In this document: positions 26,440-40,909 of the stretch, piece by piece
Numbering within the stretch: position 1 is the first letter of the stretch
How the letters are laid out: every line of letters begins with the position of its first letter
NCBI GenBank assembly: GCA_951406725.2
Contig: OX597821.1
Location: 41,974,001 to 42,038,000, forward strand
Direction: 5' to 3'
Length of the DNA stretch: 64,000 bases
Source of the DNA: Octopus vulgaris
Lineage: Eukaryota
Notes under the pieces: generated by a model
Seen by the model: only the letters and a program-made list of their open reading frames with translations
What the model was told of the DNA's origin: nothing
The model's database searches: none
Position numbers and translations under genes: made by a program

Positions 26440-27650
26440 ACGCTTTTGTCCCTTCATTGTGATGTTGTCGCTGCATTTATAGCCGTTTCTGTTGATCAGA
26501 ATTTAGCTCTTTTCTGAAATACCTTCCGTTCGGTAGACTCCTGACGCTCTTCTTAGTCCGGTGGTGAATCCCTGCCGTTCGCAGTTCTGCTTCGTTACTT
26601 CCCATTAAATCGATATTGTCAGCAAAACGTAGGTTCCACAGGGGCCCTCCTCCGATAGAAATGGTTGGGTGGAAGTGTTTCCTGCGTGGTATTTTCCAGG
26701 AAAATATTGAAAAGTACAAGAGAGACGATGCAATTTTTTCCGATCCCAACTGTTATCCTGAAGACTCTTCCTACAATGATATTCAGGGTGTAGTCCAGTT
26801 GGAATTTTTATGCAGGATACATAAATTTCTATCAGACTTATAAATGGGAGGGCATTTGTAATGTGCTGGCGACGTTGGTGGACAGGAAGAAACTAAAATA
26901 AAGAAATTGAGAGATAGTCGCTTCTTTAAATACCCGAAGTAGCGACAAACAAATTTTTATTTTGCTTCAACCAACCAGATAAGGCAGCTGTCAAATTTTA
27001 AATTTCTCGTCATTTTCCACAGCCCTTCATTCCAAACATGGTGAAGGATTTTCTTCAAGTCCATAAAGCCGTTGTATTGATCAACTTCTACAAAATTTTC
27101 ATTAACTTCAATTCCATTGACGTCAAAGAGATTTTTCAATTACCATTATGCTCTGATATCCTGCGTTATGGCAGGGATGGAGTGAATCCTTCCCGTTTTC
27201 CTGCGAAAATCTTTTCTGCCTCCGACTGAAACCGTTTTACATTAACTCTTAGCAGTAATCTACTGGATCCACTAACCAAACTGATGGGTCAATAATTCTA
27301 GGCGAGCCATAAGTTACTTTCATTAAAACATGCATTCCTAGGGATTGTGGCCATTCTTTTGGCCACTGATGAATTCAAAACCATATTTCAGAAGCCCAGC
27401 AGGGTTGTCCATTCCTGATTATTTCCTTTCTTTGAGCATGTACACCGATTCTTCAACTCTTTCCTGAGCTATTGGCGTATTACAAAGTTCTTAATCTTTA
27501 TTGGTGGTTGTTCCATGTTTTTGTAGTTACATAGTTCCTTGCAATACCCAGACCGTCTTTTGATAATAAGCAATTCTATCTAAGAGGAGAAATCCTTTTA
27601 TCTTGTTTTTAATGACTGTTGCAACTTCCGTTTTGCCATTTTTTCTCGAA
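26440..27650 (-). pseudogene. Decayed RTE-like LINE RT, interrupted by a ~120-bp repeat at about 26865-26975
   Basis: QSEAEKIFAG..EGF, FMDLKKILHHVWNEGLW and NLRFADNIDLMG (FADD-like) motifs. Confidence 0.7.
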
Positions 27651-27918
27651 CATGTGAATAATGGGTACCATCGGGGCGCTGGTGCATCCCTCTCTCCTCC
27701 AAGATGTTCCGCTGGAGGAATGGCGTGGGTGTAGGGACCGAAGTGTGGTCCATGTCTGCTTGCAACTACAGACAGGAAGCTAAAACAATTAGCGAAAAAG
27801 CGTGTAACATGTTACCAAGTCCATACTCACACGTGTGACGGCTGGCTCTACTAACACATGCACGTGTGTGTGTGTATTCGTATGTGTTTGTGTGAATGTA
27901 TGTATGTGTGTGTGTATG

Positions 27919-27974
<56 letters not shown>

Positions 27975-27985
27975 CATATATATAT

Positions 27986-28029
<44 letters not shown>

Positions 28030-28059
28030 GTGTGTGTATATATATATGTATATATATAT

Positions 28060-28109
<50 letters not shown>

Positions 28110-28127
28110 ATATATATATATACACAC

Positions 28128-28160
<33 letters not shown>

Positions 28161-28172
28161 CATATATATATA

Positions 28173-28260
<88 letters not shown>

Positions 28261-28784
28261 CATATTATTTCTATGTCCGATTATTTCTATGTCCCATTAA
28301 ACCATTGGGAGTGAAGGACTCCTAGCCTTTGTTAGGGCATCCTTCTAGGACAAGGTAACTCAGGTAACTGGGATAACTCCGACATAAAACCTCCGGCTCA
28401 GTGGTTACCGATGATGTTGACTTGTTCTTCTTTTCGGATTATGGCTGCTGTTGCTTAGTGAGTGGGATTTTACTCAATGCACAGCCTTTCCTCACTTAAA
28501 AAAAAAAATTTTCTTGCACAGGCATTGCATTGATTAAGCTTCGTGCAATGGCCATACTCGATAATGAGGGGGCAGCCAGCATATATACATATATATACAA
28601 TTTGGGGGGGATTAATCAATATGCGGGTATTCAATTTCAGATAATACAAAAATAACCTAATGAGTATATCTTACAAGTAAACTCATGATATCAGTTTGCA
28701 CATCCCGAAACAACACTTAAAGGATATAACCTAAATTACCAGCTGGGTATATACTGTACTTCCTTAATAATATCATACTTTAGT

Positions 28785-29202
28785 TACTCTTTACTCTTTT
28801 ACTTGTTTCAGTCATTCGACTGCGGCCATGCTGGAGCACCGCCTTTTAATCGAGCAAATCGACCCCGGGACTTTTTCTTTTGTAAGGCCAGTACTTATTC
28901 TATCGGTCTCTTTTGCCGAACCGCTAAGTAACGGGGACATAAACACACCAGCATCGGTTGTCAAGCAATGCTAGGGGGACAAACACAGACACACAAACAC
29001 ATGCATGCATATATATATATATATATATGTACATATATACGACGGGCTTCTTTCAGTTTCCGTCTACCAAATCCACTCACAAGGCTTTGGTCGGCCCGAG
29101 GCTATAGTAGAAGACACTTGCCCAAGGTGCCACGCAGTGGGACTGAAGCCGGAACCATGTGGTTGGTAAACAAGCTACTTACTACACAGCCACTCCTGCG
29201 CC
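28785..29202 (-). mobile_element. SINE family A, full length
   Basis: Reverse complement of family A. Confidence 0.9.
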
Positions 29203-29475
29203 TAGTTAATACTAAAGTGTTTTTTTTTATTCTGATGTTTAATCTTATATCTCACATTCTATATTTGACTTATACTTGATTTTACATGATTGATATATAT
29301 ATATACTAATTCATATTTATAATGTATAATTTTAAAATTTTAATTCTTAATATTACAAAGTATAATTTTTATTCTTAATTTCTATTTTTATTTTTAATTT
29401 TTATTCTTAATTTCTAATTCGTAATTTTTAATCTTTAATGCTTTATTGTATTGCTTATATATAATATTTTGGAAT

Positions 29476-29613
29476 AGAACCTGAAGAGACGTTGGAATAA
29501 TTGTAAATCTGATGATTGCATATATGTATTTATATATGTATATATATATAGATATAGTTGTGTATATGTATATATATATTGTAATCTTCCAATACTGAAA
29601 CACGTGTAGTTCT
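29476..29613 (+). ncRNA. Type I hammerhead ribozyme with a TA-rich expansion in loop II
   Basis: AGAAC-CUGAAGA-GACGUUGGAA...UUCCAAUACU-GAAA-CACGUG-UA-GUUCU; base of helix II partly mismatched. Confidence 0.7.
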
Positions 29614-29977
29614 TTTATATTTAATAAATATAAGTATTAACTAAAGTTTGATATAATTAATGAAGTACATTATATAGCTGGTAACTTCGGTTATATCCTT
29701 TAAGTGTTATTTCGTGATGTGTAAACTGATATCATGAGATTACTGTCAGATATACTCATTAGGTTTATTTTTGTATGATCTGAATACAACACCCGCATAT
29801 CGATTAATCCCCAAAAAATTGAATACTGAGTTTTATCGGATACTTTGTATTTTTATAGATAAATATATATAGATATACGATAAATAAGACCCCAAAGTAC
29901 GATATGTAGATGCATATAACACTGTAGGGTTGCACCTGATTGATTTGGAAATTTGTTTTCCCAAATTATTTATATTA

Positions 29978-30023
<46 letters not shown>

Positions 30024-30033
30024 TACATATATA

Positions 30034-30090
<57 letters not shown>

Positions 30091-30113
30091 CATATATACA
30101 TATGCATATATAC

Positions 30114-30153
<40 letters not shown>

Positions 30154-30488
30154 GTGCATGTATACAGAGAAAGAGATGTATACATATTTGCATACATGTG
30201 TGTGTGTGTGTGCGTATGTGTGTGCGTATGTGTGTGTGTGCGTATGTGTGTGTGTGTGCGTATGTGTGTGTATGGGGGGGGTGCATATGTATAAGTATAT
30301 GTATATATACATATATATATAAAGAAGTGGGTGAGAGAGAGCTAGTGCAGTTATATGTGGTTTACAGTTTACAGCGATGCGATAAAATAACTTAAAACAA
30401 CCAAGTAACCAAAATATTCTGGGAAAAAAAAATCGTAGAACGGATGATGGGTTAGGGTTACTGCTTAACTGTAACAAAGAGGGGAAGC

Positions 30489-30795
<307 letters not shown>

Positions 30796-30796
<1 letters not shown>

Positions 30797-30960
30797 TGTT
30801 TCTTTATTAGCCACACAGGGCTGCACACAGATAGAACAAATTACAAGGTAGAGCTTTTCTTTTGGGAGATGAAGAAAACAAAAAAAAAAAGAAAAAAGGG
30901 GGTGGCGTAGGTTTTCGATCAAGAGGGATCGTAAAAGGGCAGAAAAGAACAAAAAAAATA
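30796..30960 (-). mobile_element. Probable LINE 3' UTR end embedded in (GATA)n
   Basis: Minus strand ends ...TCTGTGTGCAGCCCTGTGTGGCTAATAAAGAAACAT and then (ATCT)n; similar to the SINE B tail. Confidence 0.5.
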
Positions 30961-31012
30961 ATAATGAATAAATAAATAAAATAAAAAATAAAAAGAATAA
31001 AAAGAAAAAAAG

Positions 31013-31067
<55 letters not shown>

Positions 31068-32222
31068 GGGAGGAGGGATAAAGAGAGAGAGAGGTAGTTA
31101 GACAGACAGAGAGAGAGAGATTTGCATAGAATTGCATAACAGCATCACGCGGTTCTAAATTAATTTAACAAATAACAGTGGACTTGGAGCCATGTTGCTG
31201 GTTTTATTGTTAAAATCTATTCATGAAGGTTTTTCAATTTGAAAAAAAAGACTCCTCAACAGATTTACTGTCTGTTTTTTCACGTTGATAGATTGGCATA
31301 TTTTGTGTTTCAAAAACAAATATGGTTAAGATGCTCGCTTTGCAGTCACATGGCTTGGGGTTCAATATTACTACGCGACGCTCTTTGGACGGGCAAAAGT
31401 TTTCTACCATAGCTCCTGGCCGACAAATACCTTACGAGTGAATCTGGTAAATGGAAACTATGTGAAAGCCCGTCACATATACGCGTGTGTCCGTGCTTGT
31501 ATTCACATCCCCACACATACACATACACATCAGTTAACGACCGATGTTGGTTTGTTTGAGCCCTCATCGCCTAGCGGTTCGGCAAAATAGACCAATAAAA
31601 CATGTACAAGGCTTTAAAAGTGAATACTGGGAGTTCGACTAACACCATTCAAGGCGGTGCTCCAGCACGGCCACGGTCCAATGACTGAAACAAATAAAAG
31701 ATTAAGCACTTCCAGACATGCTGTTGGCCCCAATGTTCAGGTGGGGTTTCCACTTTCTTACCAAGTGAATTTCCCTAATCCGCAGATTTATCGCATCTAC
31801 ATTCCGTTAAGACCTGTATATTTTTTTTTCTCTATGCTGAAATATTCTTTTCTACTTTAGGCACAAGACCCGAAATTTTGGGGGAGGGGCAGTCAATTAG
31901 ATCGACCCCAGTACGCAAGTGGTACTTAATTTATCGACCCCAAAAGGATGAAACGCAAAGTCGACCTAGGATGAATTTGAACTCAGAACGTAAAGACAAA
32001 CGAAATACCTAATTCTTTACTATCCACAAGGGGCTAAACATAGAGAGGGCAAACAAGGAAAGACAAACGGATTAAGTCGATTACATCGACCCCAGTGCGT
32101 AGCTGGTACTTATTTAATCGACCCCGAAAGAATGAAAGGCAAAGTCAACCTCGGCGGAATTTGAACTCAGAACGTAGCGGCAGATGAAATGCCGCAAAGC
32201 ATTTCGCCCGGCGTGCTAACGA

Positions 32223-32266
<44 letters not shown>

Positions 32267-32466
32267 ACCGTCGATTGATACGGTTGTCAAGTAGGTGTGT
32301 TTAGATCCCTGTAACTTACCGCTTCGGCAAAGTACTAGGCTTACAAAGAATAGGTCTTGGGGTCGATTTGTTCGACTAAAAGCGGTGCTCCAGCCTGGCC
32401 ACAGTCAAATGACTGAAACAAGTAAAAGAATAAAAGAATAATATGTTCTGATTACTACCGTTTACT

Positions 32467-32926
32467 CAAGGCCCGATTTAGACCTAGAGGAGCCCCCGAA
32501 GTAAATAAGTTTTAGGGGCCCAAGTGATTTTGCGTCTATTTTTAGAATATATTTTCGGAAGTTTATTTTAGATTTCCCTTTTTTAACATAAAAGTGCTAA
32601 TTCAGAGCATACGATGATAAAGAGTGCCCCGTTAAATCTAGAAGCCCCAAACAGTTTGAAGCAGCCTCAAAATGTAAAAGGGCCTCGAAAGTTTCAGAGG
32701 ATCTCAATTAAATTTAATGGTTTCTTAAATCTAAACAGGCCCACAAAATCAGGAGAGAACACAATAACAGAATTCTATTGGATAAAAAGAATGAACAAGT
32801 AAAAAGTAAATTACAAATTTGATTGCTGTAAATATGTGGTTTCTTTTAGATTTTTAGCTCCAATCTTTAGGATTTTCTGGGTTAAAGGGGCCGCCCAAGT
32901 TTTGCCCTTGCATAAATCTGGCTCTG
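32467..32926. mobile_element. Non-autonomous hAT element
   Basis: TIRs CAAGGCCCGATTTA / TAAATCTGGCTCTG; exact 8-bp TSD CGTTTACT. Confidence 0.85.
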
Positions 32927-33150
32927 CGTTTACTAGGTCTTCTTTGTGGGGTGAGGGTGGGGGTGGGGAAAGAGTAGCCGGTTATATCGATCCCAGTACT
33001 CAACTGGCGCTTAATTTATCGACTCCAAAACGATGAAAGGCAAAGTCAACCTCGACGGAATTTGAACTCAGAACGTAAAGACGGACGAAATGCCGCAAAG
33101 CATTGCGCCCGGCATGCTAACGATTCTGCCAGTTCGCCGCCTTAATAATG

Positions 33151-33215
<65 letters not shown>

Positions 33216-34277
33216 AAGAAGAAGAAGAAGAAGAAGAAGAAGAAGAAGAAGAAGAAGAAGAAGAAAAGAAGAAGAATTACTTTTATGTGGTATTATGTAT
33301 GTATTTGTATTGTACAACTTTTAAACTGATATTGACATGTTTTGTTGTTGTTTGTTTTTTTAGCATCAGATGTTCAAACGATAAAAAAAAAACATTCAAG
33401 CTGTGACCATCTCTTCTATTTATGATTTTTTTCGTAACGGAGTGTGTCCAGAACCGTATTTTTGAATGCTTTTATTGCCATTTAAAACAATAAAGTACAA
33501 TCTGAGTGAAGTTTGTTTGCTATATCTAACAAATTGAACGACTGCATAGCGAGTCCCTTGGTTCCATGTTGACTGTTCTCCACAATTATAGTGTTATTGC
33601 TATTTGTAATGGACGTTGACGTTGGGGTTTATGATCATGTCTAATAATTGTATAAGTCACCCGTGGGGGTATAGTGGACCTGTGGTTTATAACTAGTTTT
33701 TATGGGTCCAGCGTCCCCTTTGAAATACTTGTGAGGGCCAACGCCTCCTACCGATATATTTGACAGCAGTTAATGTCTCAATCATTAAAGAAATATAATG
33801 ATTTATTGTGCAAGTTGGAAATCCTTATCCACATCAGTGGACCAATAATAAGTGGTTGGCGGCCCCAAATGTAAGCCAATGAGGCGTTCGCTGTTGGCCT
33901 CGGACCTTTTCTAAAAAAAACCTTTCAAATTTAATGTATCTGTGGGCCATTGAGTGGTTCATGACTTTTTGATAGTCTTTTTTTTTTTTTCGTTTGCGTT
34001 TGATAGAAATAGGAAAATATTCTTCTTTAATTTATGTAGAGTGCGACAAAAATACTTCCCAGAGTCACCAATCTTTATAAAAGTTTCAACAACAAACGAA
34101 CGGTGAGAACTGAAGAAAAGAGCCACGGAAACACTGGTGCTACCTACCACAGGATGCGACATAGTACCACAGAATGCGGCAGGGTACTATGGGGTGCAGC
34201 AAGGTACCACATGTACGGCAGGCCACACGGTATAATTAAATGGCCACCGTTTAAATGGCCACACGGTATAATTAAAA

Positions 34278-34510
34278 GGCGGCGAGCTGGCAGAGTCGTT
34301 AGCACGCCGGGTGAAGTGCTTAGCAGTATTTCGTCTGCCGCTACGTTCTGAGTTCAAATTCCGCCGGGGTCGACTTTGCCTTTCATCCTTTCGGGGCCGA
34401 TTAAATAAGTACCAGTTATGCACTGGGGTCGATATAATCGACTTAATCCGTTTGTCTGTCCTTGTTTATCCCCTCTGTGTTTAGCCCCTTGTGGGTAGTA
34501 AAGAAATAGG
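34278..34510 (+). mobile_element. SINE family B with long TSD
   Basis: GGTATAATTAAATGGCCACCGTT at 34229-34251 and 34509-34531. Confidence 0.9.
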
Positions 34511-35774
34511 TATAATTAAATGGCCACCGTTATCCTGCTGTTGATTCGCTAATTTTTCAGTATCATCTTCCATATTTGGTAAACAAACTCTCAAATGTTC
34601 TCTTTTTACTTTTCAACATTTCAGTGCTTAGTTTTCAACTCAATATTGATTCCTTTCTTGACAAAATATGCAGAGAAAGAAAAGTAATCGCTTCTTTGAT
34701 TAATTAATTGTTCGACCAATCTATCATTCAGTTAAGTTAGTCAAAATCCTTCAACACCCCAAGCCTGCTTAAACAGAAAATTTGCTTTGAATCTTTGGAC
34801 AGAAGACTTCAAATTCATTCTTAGAACTGTACATGGAGCATCAAAATAATTTTCTAAGTCTATTAATTCTTCGAGTAAGTATTTGAATGAGCAAGATAAC
34901 GTCAGAATGGAAAGGATTTGTACCAAAGAGTCGAGTGTTTTCATTTCATGAAAGTCTTTGACTGTGATCTTTTGTGGGATTTTTCAGTACCAGATGGGAA
35001 CAATAACATTCCAGGCCTGTAAGGTAAATGGTAAATCATTTTATTTTAATTTATTTTTGATTTGCATTCCTGAGGCAGCGAGCTGGAAATCGTTAGATGC
35101 TTAGAGGCATTTCTTCCGGCTCTTTACAGCCTGAATTCAAATTAGACCGGGGTCAACTTTTCCTTTCATCCCTCCAGGGGTTGATAAAACAAAGTACCAG
35201 TCATGTACTGGGTTAAATCTAATCAATTCACACCCACCCCCACCAGCCCTCCAAATTACTGATCTTCAGCCAAAACTTGAAACTTTTATTTCCATTCTTA
35301 GATCATAAGTGCAGAATCAAAATCTGCTTTGGGGTTGCAAACCCAAAATGTTCGAAGCGTTTCCATTGCCGCATCACCATCGAAAAAATTAAAGAGCGTG
35401 CCTGCATCCCTTGTACTCGAGCACCCCCTGTTTGGAAACTGTAGGTGCAGTAAGGCCGAATGTAAAAAGTTCGTTTCGCAAACCTGAGGTCTTGGGTTCA
35501 ACTCGGTTGTATGACATCTTGGGTCAAATATCAGTTTTCTGTAACCCTTGACCAACTCATAACTTGTGAGTGAAACTGGATTGACAGTTACAGATGGGTG
35601 GAGAGTACCCGCAATTTAAAAGACCTCCTGGTCACACGCTGTATCATACTGACTCTGCCGGGCAACTACATTAAGGGTACACTGTAAGTAGTGTTTATGG
35701 TACCCTAGGGTACTGGCGTAATGGTTGAGAGGGGGTATGACTACTACTGTACTTGTAAACAAGTGTGTTGTTGC

Positions 35775-36478
35775 AAATAATAATGGTTTCCAATTTTGAC
35801 ACAAGGCCAGCAATTTTGGTGGAAGGGAAAAGTCGATTACAACGAACCCAGTGCTTAGTTGCTACTTATTTTATCGACCCCGAAAGGGAGGAAAGGCAAA
35901 GTTAACCTCAGCGGAATTTGAACTCAGAATGTGAAGACGGACTAAACGCCGCTAAGCATTTTAATCGGCGTGCTAGCGATTTTACCAGCTCACCGCATTG
36001 TAAATAATAATAATCCTTTCTACTATAGGCACAAGGCCTGAAATTTGAGAGGAGGGGACTAGTTGATTACATCGACCCCAGTACACAACTGATACTTAAT
36101 TTATCGACCCCGAAAGGACGAAAGGCAAAGTCGACCTCGACAGAATTTGAACTCAGAACCTATCGACGTGCAAAATGTTTAGCAGCATTTCGCCCGTCGT
36201 CCTAACGATTCTGCCAACTCGCCGCCTTATTGCAAATAATAATAATAATAATAATAATAATAGTCCTTTCTACTGGAGGCACAAGGCCGCAAATTTGTAG
36301 GGTGGGGACTAGTCAATTGTATCGACCCCAGTGTTTCAATGGTACTTACTTTATCGACCCCAAAAGGATGAAAAGCAAAGTCGACCTCGGCGGAACTTGA
36401 ACTCAGAACGTAACGGCAGACGAAGTACCGCAAAGCATTTCGCCCGCCATGCTAACGTTTCTGCCTGCTCGCCGCCTC

Positions 36479-36517
<39 letters not shown>

Positions 36518-36670
36518 CCTTTCTACTATAGGCACAAGGCCTGAAATTTGGGGGACGGGGGTAGTCGATTACATCAACTCCAATGCGTAACTGGTACTTA
36601 ATTCGTCGATCCCGAAAGGATGAAAGGTAAAGTCGACCTCGGTGCAATTTGAACTCGGAACATAGCGACG
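35775..36670 (-). mobile_element. Four head-to-tail SINE B-subfamily copies with (AAT)n junctions
   Basis: Repeated CACAAGGCC...ATCGACCCC...GAACTCAGAA units separated by (AAT)n. Confidence 0.85.
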
Positions 36671-37296
36671 AGCGGAAAGGTTGTGTTGCTGTTGTTGGTG
36701 GTGCTGTTGCTGTTGTTGTTGTTGTTGCTGTTGTTGTTGTTGAGCCCATAGTCAACCTGATCAAACAGACCTATGATCAGAGGCACTCCAGCTGGGGCAA
36801 ATCAAACATTTTTCTTTCGACACATAGGGTATTCTAGAAGATTCCACAATCCAGAATCCATGGGTCTCTTCCGTTTTCTAAAGCAATAAGAATTTGCTTT
36901 GAGGGAGATTTAGCAAAAGTAGGGTTCTGCTGGTGGGTTTAACGGTGTGTATGTATGTGCATGTATATATATGTATGCATGCGCATCTGTGTGTGTGTAT
37001 GAGTGCACGTATGTTGTGCATGTGAGTGCATGTGTATGCGTGTGCATGCGCGCATGTGATCGTGTGCGTGCATATGTACTTGTGAGTGCATGTGTATGAG
37101 TTTTGCACTCTGTGGGATGTTGTTTCTGTTTGTGTATTGGTTTGTCTGTATGTTTGTTTATTATATGTGTTTGTGTTGAGTGTTGAGTGTGTAGTCGGTT
37201 GTGCGCGTTCCGTTGTGCTGCGTGTCATGTGATGGACGTGTTGTGATGTGTGTGTTGTATTACGCGATGAGTTGTGTGTTGTGTTGTACTCCGTGT

Positions 37297-37342
<46 letters not shown>

Positions 37343-37568
37343 GAGAGACAGACAAAGAAAGTAAAGAATGAGTTATTCTTCGAAGTCCTGCGGTGCATCT
37401 ATTTGCTTAGCAGCAAAATCTCTCAAATTACACCCCTGCTGTGTCTGTCTATCTTCATATCCCATCCATCTATCTATCTTTCTGTAGTCTATCTACATCT
37501 CTCTACTATCAAATCCATCCATCTAGCCATCCATCCATCCATCCATCCATCCATCCATCCATCCATCC

Positions 37569-37629
<61 letters not shown>

Positions 37630-37867
37630 CCTACCTATCTGTCTGCCTGTCTGCCTGTCTGTCTGTCTGTTCCGACTATCCCATCTCTCTATCTAGATTA
37701 TCCCATGCATCTCTCAATATCCCAACCACTTATCTCCGTTCATCCAAGACACTGAAATACTGCAAGAAAAACTGCTAAGACTGCAAGTTATCGATTTTGA
37801 GCAAAATGTATTTTCGTCCCAAGTTTTAATCAGCACAAAACAAAGAGGACACACACACACAAATATG

Positions 37868-37928
<61 letters not shown>

Positions 37929-37935
37929 ATATATA

Positions 37936-38035
<100 letters not shown>

Positions 38036-38400
38036 TTCCATATATATATAATATATCTATATATATACATATAGATATATATGTACATACATACATACAT
38101 ACACACACGCGCACACACACACATTGATTGTTGCAGTCTGTGGGACGATTCACCTTCAAGAAGTAAGGTCCACGAAGATCTATAGTAATGTGTTGATAAT
38201 CGATTGTAGCTGTCGTTGTTGTCGTTGTTGTCGTTGTTGTTGTTGTTGTTCATTTTGTTATTTCACTTGTTGTTGTTGTTGTTGCTGGTGCTGTTGTCGT
38301 TGTTTCGTTTCTTGTAATAAATAAACGCTAATATTTTACTGGATGAGAGAAGCGACGAGTTTATTGTCAGATTCGCTATATACACACAACCCTAAGCCCA

Positions 38401-38447
<47 letters not shown>

Positions 38448-39923
38448 CACTCATACACACACACACTCAAACACTCATACACACACACACTCGTACACAC
38501 TCATACACATGCATACATATATATACCTAGATAGAAAAACAGACGCACTGACGGACACTAAACACCAAATTTGTATAAATGCGTTCATGTACATAAATAC
38601 AAATATACATACATTCATATATATATACACTCATACACACACATATATATATTGTGTGTATGTATGTATGTACGTATGTATCTATGTATCTATGTATGTA
38701 TGCATGCATGTATGTATGTATGTATGTATGTATGTATGTATGTATGTATGCATGTAAGTATGCATGCATGCATGTATGTATGTATGTATGTATGTATGTA
38801 TGTATGTATGTATGTATGTATGTATGTATGTATGCATGTATGCAATCATGCATGTGTATATGTATGTATGCATGCATGTATATATGTATGTATGCATGCA
38901 CACATGCACACATGCATGCATGTATGTATGTATGTATGTATGTATGTATATGCCAGACACACGACATATATTTATATAAATGTATGTATGCATGCATATA
39001 TGTAGATATATATACGTATATATACACACACTCCTCCACACGCACCTACATCACGTGGATTCCATTCGTTTCAGACTCATTTACGAGAGGATTCTCGTTG
39101 TGAGATGGCGACGCTGGTGCAGGACGAGAAACTAATATAAAGGAATCGAAAGAGAGAGAGAGAGAATCGCTTCTTTAAGTTTCCCCCAAGTAGTTCAGAA
39201 CAAATCTTTATTTTAGTCTAACCTTACTGACACATAATGAGAGCGAGCGTGTTTAATGTGAGGGCCCAGAGTTTTGTACGGCTCTCCGCTAACATTATCC
39301 AGTACCTTAGATCAGTTATTCGGTGAATCGTGAAGAAAAAAACTCAGCTTAAAATAGAAAACTAGCCCTCAGGGTTCCTAGGTAATTTTGAAAGTGATTT
39401 TTATTTTTGCTTCCATAAATTATTCGGTTTTTGTTGTTGTTCTTGTTGTTGTTTGTGCGTTTGTTTAGCATTTTTTTTTTCGTTTCTTCTTACATCATTA
39501 ATCTTTCTTGGAGATAATACCACCCCTTCTTCTTACCTGCGCTATTCTCTCAACATCTTCTCTCTCTCTCTCTCTCTCTACCCATTAATACACACACACA
39601 CACACACTATCTCTTCTTTTAATCATCACACTCCAGTTGCTAATCTTCGCTCAGCCGATCCAATTTAGTCTTCTTCTCTCTCCGTTCCTGTTTGTTATAT
39701 CAACGAAAGCTTTCGGTTGTCCTGACATTGCTTAATGTAAAGTTGAGAAGCTCGAAAGCAAATCACACCTACATCACACACACACACACAGAGAGAGAGA
39801 GACACACACACGCACACGCAAACACATCTATGTATATGTATATATGTGTGTATCTGTGTGTGTGCATGTGTGTGTGTGTGTGTGTGTGTATACATGCGTG
39901 TGTATATGAATGTGTATGTGTGT

Positions 39924-40019
<96 letters not shown>

Positions 40020-40149
40020 GTTTACATGTATATACATACATACACACACACATTCATTTCCAGACATTTGTACATTACTGCATATTCTTTATATGCACTT
40101 TTGACAAGTTGTGGTGCACCTGAGCACGGTATACAATAATTTCATTATT

Positions 40150-40202
<53 letters not shown>

Positions 40203-40203
40203 G

Positions 40204-40276
<73 letters not shown>

Positions 40277-40786
40277 ACATTATTATTATTATTATTATTA
40301 TTATCATTATTATTATTATTATTATTTAAGGTATTTGAGCTCAGTACATGCACGCAGTTATGTGTTCATATGAAATAACTCATACACACACACAGTAACG
40401 AGGCACACGAGCGTGTACTAAAGTGACGCGGACATCCACCACATAGATATATGCTTAACGACACATGCACCTTCATACATGCACACATTAACTAATGTAC
40501 GGGTACACAGATGCCAATATTTCCCTTGATTTAAACAAAAATGACCCTTGCTATTTTATTAGGAACCAACTTGAGTTCTGGAGAGGAGAAATCTTAGAGA
40601 AATTCGAAAGGAAAAAAAAAAGATATATTCATACATATATACATCCATACAGCCATACATACATACATATATAAAAAGGAATACCAAAAATGGGACAAGA
40701 ACGGACAGACAGTTAGATGATACAAAACAGGGACAACAGAACATCCAGACAGACAATACAAAAACCAAGGAAGGGTCAATTGGAGT

Positions 40787-40909
40787 TTTCTTTCTTCAGT
40801 CGAGTTCCAGATTATCGTTACAATTTCGGCTGATTATACTCGAGATTGCTCCAATCTGGCCAGCCCCAAGGAAAAATTAAGCTAAGAGCACTAGATTCCT
40901 TGGAAGAAA
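40787..40909 (-). ncRNA. Non-circularly permuted hammerhead ribozyme (site-GAAA-CUGA order), second family
   Basis: Minus strand: helix III GCAAU/AUUGU, AUC site (40844), helix I UCGAGU/ACUCGA, helix II GGCUG/CAGCC, GAAA, CUGAAGA, outer helix CCAGAUU/AAUCUGG. Confidence 0.75.

Larger units (their letters stand above)
28597..29970 (+). mobile_element. Older PLE-like fold-back element interrupted by a SINE A
   Basis: 28597-28785 is a diverged reverse complement of 29638-29822; HHR at 29476; ends in (TA)n. Confidence 0.65.

Noticed and set aside
28655-28725. CTAATGAG...GAAAC hammerhead-like string
   Set aside because: G5 is missing in both arms and there is no convincing helix I or III
34741-35017. 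Minus-strand acceptor followed by a 67-aa ORF
   Set aside because: All three frames stop soon after the acceptor and no homology was recognised
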